64,000 nt of DNA from a virus (Duplodnaviria; Caudoviricetes): positions 1-64,000 of the IMG/VR virus record IMGVR_UViG_3300025924_000020. The stretch is one strand, 5' to 3'. The position numbers were made by a program, and so were the translations under genes. Positions 50,240-59,698 of this stretch are shown here, one piece after another (within the stretch, counting starts at the first letter, position 1; each line of letters starts with the position of its first letter). The notes under the pieces were generated by a model. That model was not told the origin of the DNA. It saw only the letters and a list, made by a program, of their open reading frames with translations, and did no database searches.

Positions 50240-50942
50240 TTACTCTCCAATTTATAGGTTCTAAATTATTCTGTTGAAACCATCTGTTTGCTTTGGAGAA
50301 GTGATTGCAACCTGAGTACTTATCAACACCATGACTTCCAGAGGCTGGGTGACCAGCCTCCAGAATCATGTGTTTATATTCAGGTATACCCCCTAAAGCA
50401 GTTAGTAGTGAATCTTGTGCTGACTTACCCCAAAGCATAAATACTTTAGGGTTATCATCTTTCCATAGAATCCTTAATACTTCATTGGTAAACTCCTCCC
50501 AACCTAATCCTTTGTGTGAAGTAGGTGTACCTGATCTTACAGTTAGGCATGTGTTAATTAGAAATATTCCTTTCTTAGCCCAAGGAGTCAAATCACCATT
50601 AGGAAAAGCCTTCAAGAACTCTTCTTGATTAGAGGTTCTAACTACATCTCTGTCTACCTCTCGATAGATCATCCTCAAAGAGAATGGTATCTCTTTCTGT
50701 AGTGTACTAAAGGCTAAACCATGTGCGTGATTTCCATAAGGATATGGATCTTGGGCCATCATAATGGCTCGTACTTTTTCTGGAGGACATAATTCAAAAG
50801 CTTTAAAAATGTCATTTGGAGCAGGACAACATTTGTATGTTGTGTATTCTCTCCTCAGACTATCTTTTAACTTTATGAAGTAATCTTTGTTAAGCTCCTC
50901 CTCCAGTAGTGGATACCACTGGCCTAGAAATTGTTGATTCAT
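50232..50942 (-). CDS. ung: Uracil-DNA glycosylase, family 1
   Basis: AQDPY, AHGLAFS, LINTCLTV, FMLWG, GHPAS, HFSKAN. Confidence 0.95.
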   Translation of the reverse strand: MNQQFLGQWYPLLEEELNKDYFIKLKDSLRREYTTYKCCPAPNDIFKAFELCPPEKVRAIMMAQDPYPYGNHAHGLAFSTLQKEIPFSLRMIYREVDRDVVRTSNQEEFLKAFPNGDLTPWAKKGIFLINTCLTVRSGTPTSHKGLGWEEFTNEVLRILWKDDNPKVFMLWGKSAQDSLLTALGGIPEYKHMILEAGHPASGSHGVDKYSGCNHFSKANRWFQQNNLEPINWRVNE

Positions 50943-51318
50943 ACTTCCTTAACTTGTTAACCATTTTCATGAAATCAGTCATGTACAGAATAGCAAATTT
51001 ATCTTTAGTGATAAACCTACTGTTTACTTTTTCTGTTTGATTATGTAGTATGACATTCACAATATTAGCTTCTTTGGGCATCTCAGATAGTATCTTGCCA
51101 TATGTTAAATGACCTTTTACATTCTTACATTGTACTGACCAAGGTAATCTACCATGTAAAATCTCATCTTGATTCACCAGATCTATCCCTTGATTATCTC
51201 TAGCTCTGTTTGCACTTCTAGATGTTACACAATTAACGAATCCAACTTTCCTAAATTCATTAGCACAATCCCTCTCAAATTTATGACCACTAGCTCGATT
51301 TCTCTTACCGTTCGTCAT
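50890..51318 (-). CDS. PD-(D/E)xK nuclease, Holliday junction resolvase-like
   Basis: GHKFER...GIDL...VQCK. Confidence 0.75.
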   Translation of the reverse strand: MTNGKRNRASGHKFERDCANEFRKVGFVNCVTSRSANRARDNQGIDLVNQDEILHGRLPWSVQCKNVKGHLTYGKILSEMPKEANIVNVILHNQTEKVNSRFITKDKFAILYMTDFMKMVNKLRKYESTISRPVVSTTGGGA

Positions 51319-52109
51319 AATACCTCTTCTGAATTCATAATCATTTTAGCCCGATTTAAAAACTCCTCTTGAGTTAATTTAGGTTGTGGCGGCACTAAAT
51401 ACTCTACTATTTGTGCCCTAGTTAAATGTTCTACTTTAATCTGTTTGAGATCATCTAGTGGACTTTCAGTTTTAAATGCATTATCTGTATAAGTCTCTCT
51501 AACTACCTTTATATCACTATAGGGTAGTGTCACTGGTTTTTCAGTATAGATACATGCCCTAACGTACTTCAAATGTTTAGCTTTGATTAGCACTAAATAT
51601 AGGGGTGTAAATACAATCTTATCAGTTCTGTAATCAGCTAGCCCAGGGTAAAAAGTATTTCTTATTGATGCAATTGTCTGTCTACGATTGCTGGTATAAG
51701 TTACTAGTCCAAAGTCTCCTATTATAGAAGCTGTTTCGGTTCTTCCCCATTCTGGAGAACTAAATGTAAATCCACGAATAGAATTACCTGATGAGGTTGA
51801 ATCACCATAGTGTAGACAGTATTTGTCAACTACAGGACTATCGAGAATCTCTACTAAATTTTTCTTAACTAGTTTATCAAACTTTTTTTTCCAATTTTCA
51901 CTTCTATCTTCTCTACCCTGCCATCTAGAAGCGATAGTAGAATAGGCTAATGTATCTTTATCATTATAATACATTACGCTAAGGTCACCAGTTTTAAAGA
52001 CAGGTAATAACTGTGCACAAAATAATGGCACAAATTGCTCTCCGCTTGATATTTTGATATATCCCTGGTGATGCATTCCCGCATAGACGTCTTTTGCCTT
52101 TATATGCAT
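51315..52109 (-). CDS. Hypothetical protein coupled to the E1-like gene
   Basis: Overlaps the ThiF gene stop; no recognised motif. Confidence 0.5.
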   Translation of the reverse strand: MHIKAKDVYAGMHHQGYIKISSGEQFVPLFCAQLLPVFKTGDLSVMYYNDKDTLAYSTIASRWQGREDRSENWKKKFDKLVKKNLVEILDSPVVDKYCLHYGDSTSSGNSIRGFTFSSPEWGRTETASIIGDFGLVTYTSNRRQTIASIRNTFYPGLADYRTDKIVFTPLYLVLIKAKHLKYVRACIYTEKPVTLPYSDIKVVRETYTDNAFKTESPLDDLKQIKVEHLTRAQIVEYLVPPQPKLTQEEFLNRAKMIMNSEEVL

Positions 52110-52846
52110 AATTCTTCTACTTTAGGTTGTTCAAATAACATTAATGGTAGATTAAAATCTAACTGTGTTATTACTTCTCTAGGTAGCACTTTAGGTACTT
52201 GGTTATTAAACCAATTTGTAATTTGGGATACCATTAATGCACTTATTAAGGCCCCACAGTGAGTAGTAGCCTTCATAGTACATTGAGCTTCAGGTAATTC
52301 ACTATCATCAAAACAAGAGTTTCTATAATGACTTATAGTTTCTTCTGAGCTATCTTTTGGTATAGCAAATACGTTACCTTGCTCCATTGACATTCTACCA
52401 TCAACAAATAAGGATATTTCTTTACCATACTTTAGCCATAATTCAAAGACTATCTTTCTAGCTGCAATATTATCAAATGATACACAGACTACATCGATAG
52501 CCCTTAACATAGAAGCTATAGTTGGGTCATCCTCCTCTATTTTGTGGTTAAGGGGTGTTAGTTTAGTCTCTCCACATAGATAAGTTACAACTTCAGCCAT
52601 CGCATCTACCTTAGACTTACCTACATGGTCTTTACCGTATAGCTGTCCAGCAATATTATGCAATTCGACATCATCATAATCAACTGTAACTAGTTCAGCG
52701 CCAGTTCTAGCTAAGAATAAAGTTAGATTAGAGCCTATACCCCCTTGACCACAAATTAAGATTGAACTACTAGAAATACCTTCAAACCAAGGTGCTCCCT
52801 TAAATCTACCGTAATACTCAGCAGTGTTCTTTTTTGTACGTGTCAC
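52100..52846 (-). CDS. ThiF/MoeB/E1-like activating enzyme
   Basis: CGQGGIGS, DYDDVELHNIAGQ, GKSKV, FDNIAAR, DGRM, candidate catalytic Cys in EAQCTMK. Confidence 0.92.
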   Translation of the reverse strand: MTRTKKNTAEYYGRFKGAPWFEGISSSSILICGQGGIGSNLTLFLARTGAELVTVDYDDVELHNIAGQLYGKDHVGKSKVDAMAEVVTYLCGETKLTPLNHKIEEDDPTIASMLRAIDVVCVSFDNIAARKIVFELWLKYGKEISLFVDGRMSMEQGNVFAIPKDSSEETISHYRNSCFDDSELPEAQCTMKATTHCGALISALMVSQITNWFNNQVPKVLPREVITQLDFNLPLMLFEQPKVEELCI

Positions 52847-53879
52847 AGACAGTTTCGATTTTGTTTGCTAACCAATTATCATCATGCAACTTAACAAACT
52901 CCTTTACTGCATCAATGGCTTCTGCCTCTTTAATGTTAGTATTGAAGAAGTAAGCATCAAACCAATAGCTTTTAAAGTACTGCATAAATGCTTTCTCATA
53001 AGTTGGTAAAGCTGCTGTAGTAACTAAGGTATTGGCTTTATTTAAAGCATCTTTAGGAGCTATGTTCTTAGGGTCGTGACCCAACAGGAGCAACTCAGGT
53101 ATTTCATTGAGTACTTTTCGATAAATATTCTGATCTACACCTTCAGGTTTATAAACCTTATTTACACTACTGTTAGTAGAGCTTTTATGATCAAAACCTA
53201 TTCTATTAGGTACATAAACCGTTGTTTTCCTGTTCTTCAATTCAACTTCTTCAATTTGATTGATAAGCCATTCCTCACCTTCATAAACGGTATCACAAGG
53301 AACTATAATTACACCTTTCCTCTTTTCTTTCTTCTGGTGCTTAGTAATTTGTTTCTTCAACCATTTTGGTATAGACCATGTTTCAACTCCTTCAATCTCC
53401 TTTTCGTATTCGATAGAGATCTCAGAGAACGGTTGACAATCATAATTGCATACAACAGATAAAAACATTGGACTAGTAGGCGCATTGTCTACTAAGTCTT
53501 GAGTGTCTATACCTGAGTGAAATGCTCTCATGTTATGATGTGAGTGCAATTTACCAATATAATATCCGTTATCTTTATCTTGTCTTGTAGGGTCTATCTG
53601 TGGGAACAATTCGAAGAATTTAATCCAGCTTTCATTTCCTTCAAATGAAGTAAATGTAGCATCGCCAAAATCCATAAGGAATACATTCTCACAGGTTAGT
53701 TCCAATTCTGCTTCATCGTTGTCTAGAAATTCTTCTACACTACCTTTGGTAACTTTGTACACCAATAACCCAGACCATTCTTTATTGGTTGGACATTGAT
53801 TATGTAGAAGTGTTATTTGAGCTTGAAGCTCTGTTGTTAGCAGTACTTCTGCTCTTTTTTGTAATTTAAATGTTTCCAT
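52818..53879 (-). CDS. JAB/MPN+ (JAMM) metalloprotease
   Basis: EWSG plus HSHHNMRAFHSGID, matching E...HxH-x7-S-xx-D. Confidence 0.85.
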   Translation of the reverse strand: METFKLQKRAEVLLTTELQAQITLLHNQCPTNKEWSGLLVYKVTKGSVEEFLDNDEAELELTCENVFLMDFGDATFTSFEGNESWIKFFELFPQIDPTRQDKDNGYYIGKLHSHHNMRAFHSGIDTQDLVDNAPTSPMFLSVVCNYDCQPFSEISIEYEKEIEGVETWSIPKWLKKQITKHQKKEKRKGVIIVPCDTVYEGEEWLINQIEEVELKNRKTTVYVPNRIGFDHKSSTNSSVNKVYKPEGVDQNIYRKVLNEIPELLLLGHDPKNIAPKDALNKANTLVTTAALPTYEKAFMQYFKSYWFDAYFFNTNIKEAEAIDAVKEFVKLHDDNWLANKIETVCDTYKKEHC

Positions 53880-55086
53880 TAAGTTTTGGAATATCTGAAA
53901 ATATGTTATTTATTTCTTTCACTACCCTTCTGAAGAATGCATGTGACACTCTTAGGATAGTCTCATCTGTTGATTTTTCTACGGTCTCTGGTATGATCCT
54001 AAATGTTCTATTATACCAATGCTCTAATACTTGGCGACACTCTAATGGTAAATCACCATAAGTTGGAGGTCTACTATTAGAACCATTCCTAGCATTGTCA
54101 AGCATGTAACTGTTCATTGATAGGTTATATTTGAGAAGATCACTGGAGTGTATACTAGCAGCTAGCATTTCAGTAACTTTCCTCTCTATTTCAAACATCT
54201 TTTTACTAATTTCAATACTAGATAGCGACAAATAATTATCACCATTATTATGTGTAATCATATCTGGTGTAAGTTGTTCGATTACTAATATAGCAAATTT
54301 TCGTATAATTTGATTTGAAGAATACACGCCGTTACTCGCTGTATCGGTTAGTGGAGTAACACTTTTTAAGTTACTAATTGAAATATAAGGATTACCCTCT
54401 AAACTTTCCCATGATAAATAAGCATTTAGTTGAGCTAAGTATAACCCAAATTCTGCAGGAGTTAGACTGATTTTAGCTTTCTCATAGATCTTGGACATTG
54501 GTGTACCTGAACCCATACAAAAACTTTGAAAGTTATACAGATCTTGTCGTAAATGAGAATGTCCATAGATGTTATTTACTTCTCTTTGACTTAATGCTGC
54601 TCTCCACCCATACATGGCATTAAAACAAGTTTGAGTGTTGTTAACCGAAAGCTTAATTATTAGGTCTTCGACAGTGTGGGTTTCACCAGTATCATTAGTT
54701 AATGTTATACTAGGATATCTAAGATAGATACAACCATTGCTTCTATTAATCCAATAATTACCAGGCATTTCAATCTGCAGAATCTTCTCAGCTATTTCAT
54801 AGATATCATCTTCTGTTTCTACTATAGTACTACTATCTGGTAGAAGTATGAACCGTCTTTCTAAAGTAGGAATGCATGTCACTTCGTAAACGCCCCTATC
54901 AAGATATCTAGTCCCTACTGACCGCACGGGTATCTTTTCTGGCCATGCAGTTCCTCTCCAAGGACTTATAGTATTAGAATAATTTAGTCTTAGGTTACCA
55001 TCCATAGCCCAAAAGGCCTCAGAGCTACCTGATGTACCATTGTACTTAAGAATTTCTTCTTTTGTTGTTTTTAACGTTTTTATCAT
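53866..55086 (-). CDS. Putative prokaryotic E2-like conjugating enzyme
   Basis: GHSHL-x9-FCMG resembles the E2 His...Cys active-site region; lies between the Ubl and JAB genes. Confidence 0.55.
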   Translation of the reverse strand: MIKTLKTTKEEILKYNGTSGSSEAFWAMDGNLRLNYSNTISPWRGTAWPEKIPVRSVGTRYLDRGVYEVTCIPTLERRFILLPDSSTIVETEDDIYEIAEKILQIEMPGNYWINRSNGCIYLRYPSITLTNDTGETHTVEDLIIKLSVNNTQTCFNAMYGWRAALSQREVNNIYGHSHLRQDLYNFQSFCMGSGTPMSKIYEKAKISLTPAEFGLYLAQLNAYLSWESLEGNPYISISNLKSVTPLTDTASNGVYSSNQIIRKFAILVIEQLTPDMITHNNGDNYLSLSSIEISKKMFEIERKVTEMLAASIHSSDLLKYNLSMNSYMLDNARNGSNSRPPTYGDLPLECRQVLEHWYNRTFRIIPETVEKSTDETILRVSHAFFRRVVKEINNIFSDIPKLNGNI

Positions 55087-55098
55087 AATTTATAATGT

Positions 55099-55129
55099 AA
55101 AAAAGTCTAGGTTTTACCCTAGACTTTTT
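55099..55129. terminator. Bidirectional terminator-like hairpin
   Basis: AAAAAGTCTAGG-TTTTAC-CCTAGACTTTTT perfect inverted repeat. Confidence 0.75.
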
Positions 55130-55137
55130 GATGTAAG

Positions 55138-55353
55138 TTAGAAGGGAACTTCGTCATCTATTGGATCGTGTGAACTTATATAGTTTACACTAGTACTATT
55201 TGATGCATACCAAGTAGGATTAATAGCTTGAGTATACACCATACCTGAACTTCCATAATCCATTGTTTCTTTAGAAGATTCCTCTGTCTTTACTACATTA
55301 CTTTCAGAAGATTGGTTAAAAAACCAATCTACTATTTGCTCAATTGTTTCCAC
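55138..55353 (-). CDS. Small disordered protein ending in an SSB-like tail (DDEVPF)
   Basis: 71 aa, S/T rich; overlaps the Ubl gene stop. Confidence 0.5.
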   Translation of the reverse strand: METIEQIVDWFFNQSSESNVVKTEESSKETMDYGSSGMVYTQAINPTWYASNSTSVNYISSHDPIDDEVPF

Positions 55354-55609
55354 GACCAGAATTGTTCTTACTCATTACAAAGTAGAGAGTAAAATCTCCT
55401 GCTGGGAGTGTTTGTGAATCTGAAGTAAGATTGATGCTTTGACCAGCGTATTTAATCAAAGCATTCATCCCACTAATAGCAAGTGCGCCAATCTTTGGTT
55501 CTTCTTCTTTCAATTGCCCCCATGTAGCAGCGGCTGAGAAAGTTTGACCAGAGGAGTTTTCTCCTCCTTGAGTAGAACCATAAGTAATCGATCTAGTTGC
55601 TTGTGACAT
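55340..55609 (-). CDS. Putative ubiquitin-like (beta-grasp) protein
   Basis: 89 aa; beta-beta-alpha (TWGQLK)-beta...LxxDxxxLPxG-DFTLYF followed by KNNSG-RGNN; upstream of the E2/JAB/E1 genes. Confidence 0.6.
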   Translation of the reverse strand: MSQATRSITYGSTQGGENSSGQTFSAAATWGQLKEEEPKIGALAISGMNALIKYAGQSINLTSDSQTLPAGDFTLYFVMSKNNSGRGNN

Positions 55610-55611
55610 TC

Positions 55612-55884
55612 TTAAGCAGCAAATTCAGTGTCAAGAATTGATTGTGCAGTCGTTAGATCTGCTTTGTTTTGTGCTACTTCAGCTGTCAATCCCATTACTT
55701 TCTCTACATTAAATGGAACTGCTCCAAGAGCATCATTGTATGCAGCAGCCAAAGTAGCTGATTGAGCTTTAAGTGAAGAAACTTTTTGTTCTACAGATGC
55801 ACGTGCATGTGCTTCTGAAGTTGTTGCCGATGCTTTCTTCTTTTCATCAGCTGATTGTTGGAGCCTATCCAAATATTTGGACAT
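55612..55884 (-). CDS. Small Ala-rich coiled-coil protein
   Basis: 90 aa, helical; ends 2 nt before the Ubl start. Confidence 0.55.
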   Translation of the reverse strand: MSKYLDRLQQSADEKKKASATTSEAHARASVEQKVSSLKAQSATLAAAYNDALGAVPFNVEKVMGLTAEVAQNKADLTTAQSILDTEFAA

Positions 55885-55936
55885 ATTTAAAAATTAATTA
55901 AGTTAACTTGTTGACTGTTACTAGCCGCCAACTACG

Positions 55937-56284
55937 CTATTTTGTAAATGATTTGTTTCTAAAATGGAATAGATAAAAGACTGCATTACAGATAATATGT
56001 CCCATATGATGCAAACCTGATTCTGGATCGGTTTCTTCTTTATTGAATAAAGCCACCAAATGTCTCTGCATAGATTCTAAGATCTCTTCTCTATTTAATC
56101 CTTTCTTCCAATTGTCAGGAGCATATTTTTTACTACCAAACATCAGGACTTTAACGAATTCTTTGAGACTTTCCCAGTCTACCAAATTCCATTGTAGTTT
56201 ACCTTCATTGAATCGGTCTGCTTTCTTTACTTCTCCTCCTCCACTAATGGCTTCCCAGTCGTAGAAGTGTGTTATTTTATTCAT
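55937..56284 (-). CDS. dATP/dGTP diphosphohydrolase-like protein (DUF5664)
   Basis: KxxWxL...FGSKKYAPDNWKKG...RHL...DPESGLHHMGH. Confidence 0.85.
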   Translation of the reverse strand: MNKITHFYDWEAISGGGEVKKADRFNEGKLQWNLVDWESLKEFVKVLMFGSKKYAPDNWKKGLNREEILESMQRHLVALFNKEETDPESGLHHMGHIICNAVFYLFHFRNKSFTK

Positions 56285-57288
56285 ACTAGCATTTCATCTA
56301 TAATTGTCTTTGCTCTTTCAAATCCAACAGCTTTACATAGATCTGTTTTATCTTTTGCTTCCTTTAGAAATCTAGGTTTGATCCAAGGATACTTATCTAG
56401 ATACTTCTTAGTAGTTCTTTCTCCAGTCATATCAGGGTCTAGAGTTAAATAAATCTCTTTGAATCGATCTTTTAATTCCATCATTTTACTATCAGGTATC
56501 ATAGTACCTTCACTTCTAGCACATATAGCTTCGTATCCTAATCTACGACAAAAAATAACGTCCTTACATGATTTATCTATGATCAGCTTCTCACCCTGAC
56601 TAGGTAATTGTATGTAGCCGAAAAAATAATTATCGGGTAGATCGTTACGAAACTTAAATGCCTTTTCTGCAAAAGGGCTATAAATCTGATAATATTCTCC
56701 TGTTCTATAACTGAATGTTGGGTCTGGTACTGTAAAGGGAGCTTTCTGCTCATTATAAGACCAGTACCACTTAATTTGATCTACTTTGTAAAGCTCTAAA
56801 AGAGCTTTATCTATTCTGAATTGTTCCCAATATTTACGTCCTTGCTCTGTGAAAGGGATAGGAGCAATACGTATTTTGATGTCAGTAAGATTTGGTCTAT
56901 CGTAATAGCTTATCTTTTCTCTCTTTTCTACTGGAGTCAAGCTATAACCTAAGCCAAAGTCCTCATTAATCTTTGAGTACACTTCAGTTCTAGATAAATT
57001 AAATATCTTTTGGATCAATTTAAAAATTGTACCAGATTCATCACTAGCACTATCCTTCCACATATAATCTACTCCTAATCCACTATTGGACTCATAAATA
57101 CTAAAACTTGGAGTTGTATCTGATCTATAGGGACAGGGTAATGCTCGATGAAGTGGTATGTTATCATAATCAACATAGAAACAGTAGAGAGTATACTCAT
57201 CTACTTGTTCTAATATTGATTGTTCTGTTGGAATAATGGACTTGTATAATTCGTCAAAGTCCACTTCTCTATTGTTATTTTGTTGCAA
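56281..57288 (-). CDS. DNA primase, crAss-type
   Basis: CPYRSDTTPSF zinc-binding-like domain; KSCKDV, SEG and LDPD TOPRIM motifs; KDKTD. Confidence 0.8.
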   Translation of the reverse strand: MQQNNNREVDFDELYKSIIPTEQSILEQVDEYTLYCFYVDYDNIPLHRALPCPYRSDTTPSFSIYESNSGLGVDYMWKDSASDESGTIFKLIQKIFNLSRTEVYSKINEDFGLGYSLTPVEKREKISYYDRPNLTDIKIRIAPIPFTEQGRKYWEQFRIDKALLELYKVDQIKWYWSYNEQKAPFTVPDPTFSYRTGEYYQIYSPFAEKAFKFRNDLPDNYFFGYIQLPSQGEKLIIDKSCKDVIFCRRLGYEAICARSEGTMIPDSKMMELKDRFKEIYLTLDPDMTGERTTKKYLDKYPWIKPRFLKEAKDKTDLCKAVGFERAKTIIDEMLV

Positions 57289-57952
57289 ACATTGATGATG
57301 CTTGTGCAGCTTCGGCTGTATTTACAGTCTGTGCTCCGCCTGCAGCATCTCCTTTATCATAGCCTTGCTCACTTTCATACTTACTAAATCTAAGTTTAGA
57401 AGGATTTACATCAGCGGGTTCAATAAAAGGATATGTTGTTAGATATTTAGTTCTTAGTTTAGGATAGTGTTTTGCTTTAGATTGACGGATAAACATAACG
57501 TTTACCTTCTTGCTGCTAGTACCTATTACTCCAGTCATCATAGAAATGAATTGAGTAATAATATTAGCATATACCTTGTCCATTGTAGTCTGCTCGGCTA
57601 GTAACGAACTAAGATTATCCTTAGTGATACCAGTATTAGCAAATACATCCCATTTACGCTTGTCAGCTGTTAAGTACACAGATGCGATATGATCCAACGG
57701 ATCTTTCAATTCTGCAATACTATTTAATAGTTCTTCTGTGTTTTTCAATCCACCATTAAAGTTCTGTACTCTTGGTGAATATACAAGTAAATCTAGTTCT
57801 GGCTGATCAAAATCAGTTTGTCCTGCTGTAGACAATGCTGCTAATGGATCAACCTCTACATCTTGTTTAAACCCAATAACAAGGGTTCCTTTATCATTCT
57901 TGGTTACTTTAGTAACCTGCACATTTTTGTGAATTCCAACGCCTAAGCTCAT
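57275..57952 (-). CDS. Putative ssDNA-binding / replication protein
   Basis: VGIHKNVQVTKV OB-like start; position between the ATPase block and the primase. Confidence 0.4.
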   Translation of the reverse strand: MSLGVGIHKNVQVTKVTKNDKGTLVIGFKQDVEVDPLAALSTAGQTDFDQPELDLLVYSPRVQNFNGGLKNTEELLNSIAELKDPLDHIASVYLTADKRKWDVFANTGITKDNLSSLLAEQTTMDKVYANIITQFISMMTGVIGTSSKKVNVMFIRQSKAKHYPKLRTKYLTTYPFIEPADVNPSKLRFSKYESEQGYDKGDAAGGAQTVNTAEAAQASSMFATK

Positions 57953-57966
57953 ATATAGTTAATTTA

Positions 57967-58593
57967 TTAATTTGTTACTGGTTCTTCGGTTATTACTTCT
58001 GTTGCTCTAGTTTTAATAATCTCTTCAAGATCAGTAGGTACTATTGGATAATATGATACATTCTCCCTCCTGATATAAGTTTCTTCACCCTTATTCTCTC
58101 CTCTGGAAATTACTTTGGGAATATAACTAATACCATCTGTGGTCTTGAAAACATTTTCTACTTGTATTACTAAATCTACATAAGTTTGATTTTCAGTTAA
58201 CCAACCAAACTCTTTTACTAGATTAAGCAGTTCTTCACTTTTTGTTCCCTGTGTGAATACACTACTTTTTGGGGTGCCATCTTCATTGTATCTACATGAA
58301 GCAAATAAATCTATCTTACTTTCAGTTTTAGGTGTAATACCAAATAAGATAGCTCTTGGATAAGCAGCTAGTATAGACCATTTCTTAGTATCTACAATGT
58401 CTATACCATTACCTTGTTCTGTGTCTGAATTATCTCTATACTCCAGATTTGCAAATTCGGCCAACTCTTTGCTAGGATATACATTACCATTAGCAAAGAT
58501 TCTAAGTATCTTGCCTCCTTCTGGAGTAGTTTGTTTAGGCGGCTTTTGCCTACCTGTGTCGACTAGGGTTAAGTTTTTAAAGAAATCGTACAT
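57967..58593 (-). CDS. Hypothetical protein
   Basis: 208-aa ORF in the replication block. Confidence 0.5.
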   Translation of the reverse strand: MYDFFKNLTLVDTGRQKPPKQTTPEGGKILRIFANGNVYPSKELAEFANLEYRDNSDTEQGNGIDIVDTKKWSILAAYPRAILFGITPKTESKIDLFASCRYNEDGTPKSSVFTQGTKSEELLNLVKEFGWLTENQTYVDLVIQVENVFKTTDGISYIPKVISRGENKGEETYIRRENVSYYPIVPTDLEEIIKTRATEVITEEPVTN

Positions 58594-58605
58594 CTATAAA
58601 ACAGT

Positions 58606-59289
58606 TTAATTATTGTATTCTTCAATCTTTTTTAAGACATAACTTAGATTGTTAGGAATCTCAAGTTTGTCAAACATTCCTCTAGGAGATTTACCAGTAT
58701 TTGTACCATCATTTTGAGTTACAAATACATACTCCATGTTACCATCTTTATTTTTATTAGCTTTGCTATACAGCACAACACTAAACATGCCTTCGATATT
58801 TAGGTACTGATCTACCAATTTACCAATTGTTTTTGCTTTGATGATCTTGTTACCAAAAGTGTCTGTATCTACTTCTGGATGCATCATCATAATGAAATTA
58901 AGGTTAGGTCTTAAACTCTTACCTTTAATAATGATATTGGAAAAGTTAGTTCCAATATCTGTGTATTTACCATAACCAGCTTCTTTAGCTCTAGCCATGA
59001 ATTCGAATGCCATAATATAATTTGCATCATCTAAGACGAAATTTCTAATATGTGGCATTTGTGTGTTTACATAATCCAACGCCCCCAATACATCCACAGC
59101 TTTATCTATATTGAATAGATTACCGTTTGTATTGTCTTTGGTCCATTCTACATAATTTTGTTTATATCCTTTGAATGGTAGTGCCTTTTTTGCTGGATTA
59201 GTTATTACTGTTTCTTGAGGATTTAGTTCCTCCAATGCTGTACTTTTACCAGTTCCTGACTGGCCTATGATTAGGATCTCTTGCCCCAT
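58606..59289 (-). CDS. AAA_24 / Sak4-like P-loop ATPase
   Basis: GQSGTGKST, FVLDDANY, KTIGKLVD, GKSPRGMF. Confidence 0.8.
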   Translation of the reverse strand: MGQEILIIGQSGTGKSTALEELNPQETVITNPAKKALPFKGYKQNYVEWTKDNTNGNLFNIDKAVDVLGALDYVNTQMPHIRNFVLDDANYIMAFEFMARAKEAGYGKYTDIGTNFSNIIIKGKSLRPNLNFIMMMHPEVDTDTFGNKIIKAKTIGKLVDQYLNIEGMFSVVLYSKANKNKDGNMEYVFVTQNDGTNTGKSPRGMFDKLEIPNNLSYVLKKIEEYNN

Positions 59290-59696
59290 TACTTCACTTT
59301 GTATTTTGATTTTACAGCTTCTATTAATCCTTTAAGATCAGTGACATCAACTGTAGCCAACGTTACTGTTGTTACTACTTCATTAATTGTCGGGATATTG
59401 GATTTAGGATAAGATTTCATTATGTAGTCCCTTTTTGCTGCTAGTAAATCTTTCTCAGCATCTTCCACGCTAATCAGGCCATAATAATAACCACTATGCC
59501 CATAACTCTTCCCTATCTTATTAATCTCAGTAGCTACTGTAGTATAATCCGTTACTAATTTTTTCTCTTTAGTGCTTAATTTAACTGCATCTTGTGCTTT
59601 CTTTTTCTCAGCTTCATATTTTTGTACTGATACTTTGAAAAGTTCATCCCATATTGACTGCGCAATAATTTGGATGGTTTGATTTGTTATCTTCAT
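59289..59696 (-). CDS. Hypothetical protein
   Basis: Coupled ORF. Confidence 0.5.
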   Translation of the reverse strand: MKITNQTIQIIAQSIWDELFKVSVQKYEAEKKKAQDAVKLSTKEKKLVTDYTTVATEINKIGKSYGHSGYYYGLISVEDAEKDLLAAKRDYIMKSYPKSNIPTINEVVTTVTLATVDVTDLKGLIEAVKSKYKVK

Positions 59697-59698
59697 TA

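Noticed and set aside
52100-52846. ThiF as a thiamine or molybdopterin biosynthesis gene
   Set aside because: No thiG/thiS/moa context; its neighbours are JAB and E2-like genes.
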